DNA of 64,000 bases from an uncultured Chroococcidiopsis sp. (GTDB lineage: Bacteria; Cyanobacteriota; Cyanobacteriia; Cyanobacteriales; Chroococcidiopsidaceae). Under the pieces are notes generated by a model. That model did no database searches, was not told the origin of the DNA, and was given only the letters and a program-made list of their open reading frames with translations. This document shows, one piece after another, positions 62,062 to 64,000 of the stretch. Where the stretch lies: the NCBI GenBank assembly GCA_964248365.1, contig CAXTYC010000004.1, forward strand, positions 192,001-256,000. The letters are read 5' to 3'. How positions within the stretch are numbered: position 1 is the stretch's first letter; each line of letters begins with the position of its first letter. Both the position numbers and the translations under genes were made by a program.

Positions 62062-62541
62062 TTATTCCCAGCGCTCTTGATAGTCCTCGGAAGATGAGGG
62101 ATCTAATTCCCAGCGGCGATCGTCTCGCTCCTCTAAAATGTCTTGTGTGCGTAGAAATGCGCGATCGTCCATCTCTAAACCTACAGCCGCGCCAATTTCA
62201 TCAACAATATCTTGATCGGGAGTAGGGGCTGTTCCACCAACAGCTTCATCTCCTACTGTATCGGCTTCTTGCCAAGCAGCATCTATATCTCCACCTGTGA
62301 GTATTGGGTTATCACCTACTTGGTCATCCTCAATCGAAGCAATGTTTCCCCACAGGGCATCCTCGTCGGCTGCTGTATGTCCTGCGGTGGCGATTGTATA
62401 TTCTGCCAACTCCTCCCTATCTCCTTCACCGATGTTGATTTCTGGTAGATCTTTAACACCAGTACCGTAAGATTCTGTAACTACCTGCGGCAAATCTTGC
62501 GGCTGCTCTGTATTTGCTGCTAAGTCCTTTTTATCTTTCAT
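62062..62541 (-). CDS. DUF6335-like acidic protein
   Basis: LTGGDIDAAWQEA..VG.EAVGG..PTPDQD.VDEIG.AVG, RD..RWELDP.S. Confidence 0.75.
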   Translation of the reverse strand: MKDKKDLAANTEQPQDLPQVVTESYGTGVKDLPEINIGEGDREELAEYTIATAGHTAADEDALWGNIASIEDDQVGDNPILTGGDIDAAWQEADTVGDEAVGGTAPTPDQDIVDEIGAAVGLEMDDRAFLRTQDILEERDDRRWELDPSSSEDYQERWE

Positions 62542-62953
62542 AAGTATTAAAGCAATTCTGGTTGATTAGTTTTTGGTAAGGAGTAGGAGTTTTTGAATTT
62601 GTGTCGCGCATAGACCAGGACACCCAGGTGGGCGGGTTTACCGAAGGAAGTAAAGTGTCCGCGCGCTCGTCGCAAAGCAAAGGAGAAATTTGGGCATCCC
62701 TAGTTACTTTCACAATAGCGCGATCGTAACTTGGCACACCTATTCCTAGAGTTGTATCCCTCTAGTCTGAAAAAATCTATCCTTTTGGAGGAAGGAATCT
62801 AGAATATTGCTGCATACGCTTAGAACAGCAAACAACAACAATGTTGTGTCAAGGCAAACGGTAGCTTACTAGACGTACCTAGCACTGATAAGGTAATCAC
62901 CTGTTGCCATTATCAAAACCAAATATTGCAGAAATATTATCAGGAGATCGAGG

Positions 62954-63355
62954 GTGAAGTACGACGAGTTCATTAAACACGTTCAAACTGTGGCTCAATT
63001 GAATTCTCGTGAAGAGGCAGAACGTGCAACCAAGGCAACTTTGGAGACAATTAAAGAGCGCATTGTTGGCAATGAAGGCAAGGATTTAGCATCACAATTG
63101 CCTAAAGAAATTGGACAATATCTCCGAGGCAGAGAAGGAGAGGATGGTCAGCACTTCCCACTAGAGGAATTTATTAAGCGTGTGAGTGAAAAGGAAGGGG
63201 TAGAACCAACAACAGCTGTAATTCACGCCCGTGCAGTCTTTTGCGTCTTGCAAGATGCCGTAACTCCTGGTGAGTTTGCAGATGTTCGCGCCAATTTTTC
63301 AGATGATTACGCCCAACTATTTGCAACTGGCTCAACTAATCAAATGTCTGATTAA
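62954..63355 (+). CDS. DUF2267 domain protein
   Basis: YDEFI..VQ..A.L.SREEA..AT.ATLET..ER, LASQLP, F...EFI.RV, ARAVF.VL. Confidence 0.8.
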   Translation: MKYDEFIKHVQTVAQLNSREEAERATKATLETIKERIVGNEGKDLASQLPKEIGQYLRGREGEDGQHFPLEEFIKRVSEKEGVEPTTAVIHARAVFCVLQDAVTPGEFADVRANFSDDYAQLFATGSTNQMSD

Positions 63356-63449
63356 TGGTTCATCGTTCATTGTTGATAGTTAAGGAGTTGCTCTTTAATA
63401 CCATCAACTATAACCCATTAAAAACATAGAAATATAAAAGGGTGCATTC

Positions 63450-64000
63450 ATGTCTCATCACGGCAGTAATAAAAAAGTTGCTATCCTGATCGAAAATGGC
63501 GTAGAAGATGCAGAATTTCAAGTTCCTTATCAAGGACTAAAAATGGCGGGAATCGATGTAGTTGTACTCGGTTCACGCATGAACGAAACTTATAAGGGAA
63601 AACAAGGTAAAGTTTCCGTACAACCAGACGGTACGACAACTGAAGCAATGGCATCTGAGTTCGATGCTGTTGTGATTCCTGGTGGTATGGCTCCAGATAA
63701 AATGCGTACTAACCCGAATACAGTACGCTTTGTCCATGAAGCAATGGAGCAAGGCAAAATTGTTGCTGCTGTTTGTCATGGACCGCAAGTTTTAATTGAA
63801 GGCGATTTGCTCAAAGGTAAACAAGCAACTGGCTTTGTTGCCATTCGCAAAGACATAATCAATGCTGGAGCAAACTACATCGATGAGCCGCTGGTGATTG
63901 ACGGTAACTTGATTACGTCCCGTCTACCTGGAGATTTAGCAATTTTCACAGTAGCTATCCTCAGCCGTCTTGGTTATGGTGGGAAAGAGGCAGCACTGCC
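63450..64000 (+). CDS. DJ-1/PfpI (YhbO-like) type 1 glutamine amidotransferase-domain protein, truncated by the window end
   Basis: Own translation: KKVAILIENGVEDAEF..P, DAVVIPGG.APD, AAVCHGPQ, VIDGNLITSR.P.D. Confidence 0.9.
   Translation, partial: MSHHGSNKKVAILIENGVEDAEFQVPYQGLKMAGIDVVVLGSRMNETYKGKQGKVSVQPDGTTTEAMASEFDAVVIPGGMAPDKMRTNPNTVRFVHEAMEQGKIVAAVCHGPQVLIEGDLLKGKQATGFVAIRKDIINAGANYIDEPLVIDGNLITSRLPGDLAIFTVAILSRLGYGGKEAAL

Overview
Chromosomal window from a cyanobacterium. HIP1 octamers (GCGATCGC) are very abundant, heptamer/octamer short tandem repeats fill many intergenic gaps, and ntcA, ndhV, clpR/clpP3, CP12 and a helical carotenoid protein are present. The gene set suggests a terrestrial, stress-tolerant lineage (Chroococcidiopsis- or Nostoc-like; inference). 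It holds about 55 CDS and tRNA-Val(UAC). Housekeeping blocks (clpR-clpP3, hemW, recQ, hisB-fabI-ntcA-DUF3084-yqgF) alternate with stress and accessory genes. No CRISPR array, prophage, rRNA or intact transposase was seen. Main leads: (1) an uncharacterised four-gene module of ACAD-like flavoprotein, PIG-L deacetylase, NodS-like methyltransferase and GT2, with one palindromic box in front of both transcription units; (2) the same TC-N3-C-N4-G-N3-GA box recurring before TspO, HCP and DUF6335/DUF2267 stress genes; (3) two signal-less HtrA-like proteases translationally coupled to a LuxR regulator with a degenerate receiver; (4) a ThrC-like/ThiS-like pair under an IscR-type box, suggesting sulfur-carrier homocysteine or cysteine synthesis; (5) a two-copy promoter-plus-hairpin element; (6) several small mobile or palindromic elements, including an in-frame insertion into a HIP1 site in hemW and a mini-IS6 that split a Uma2 gene and deleted part of it. 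All family assignments come from motif recognition by eye; no database searches were run.
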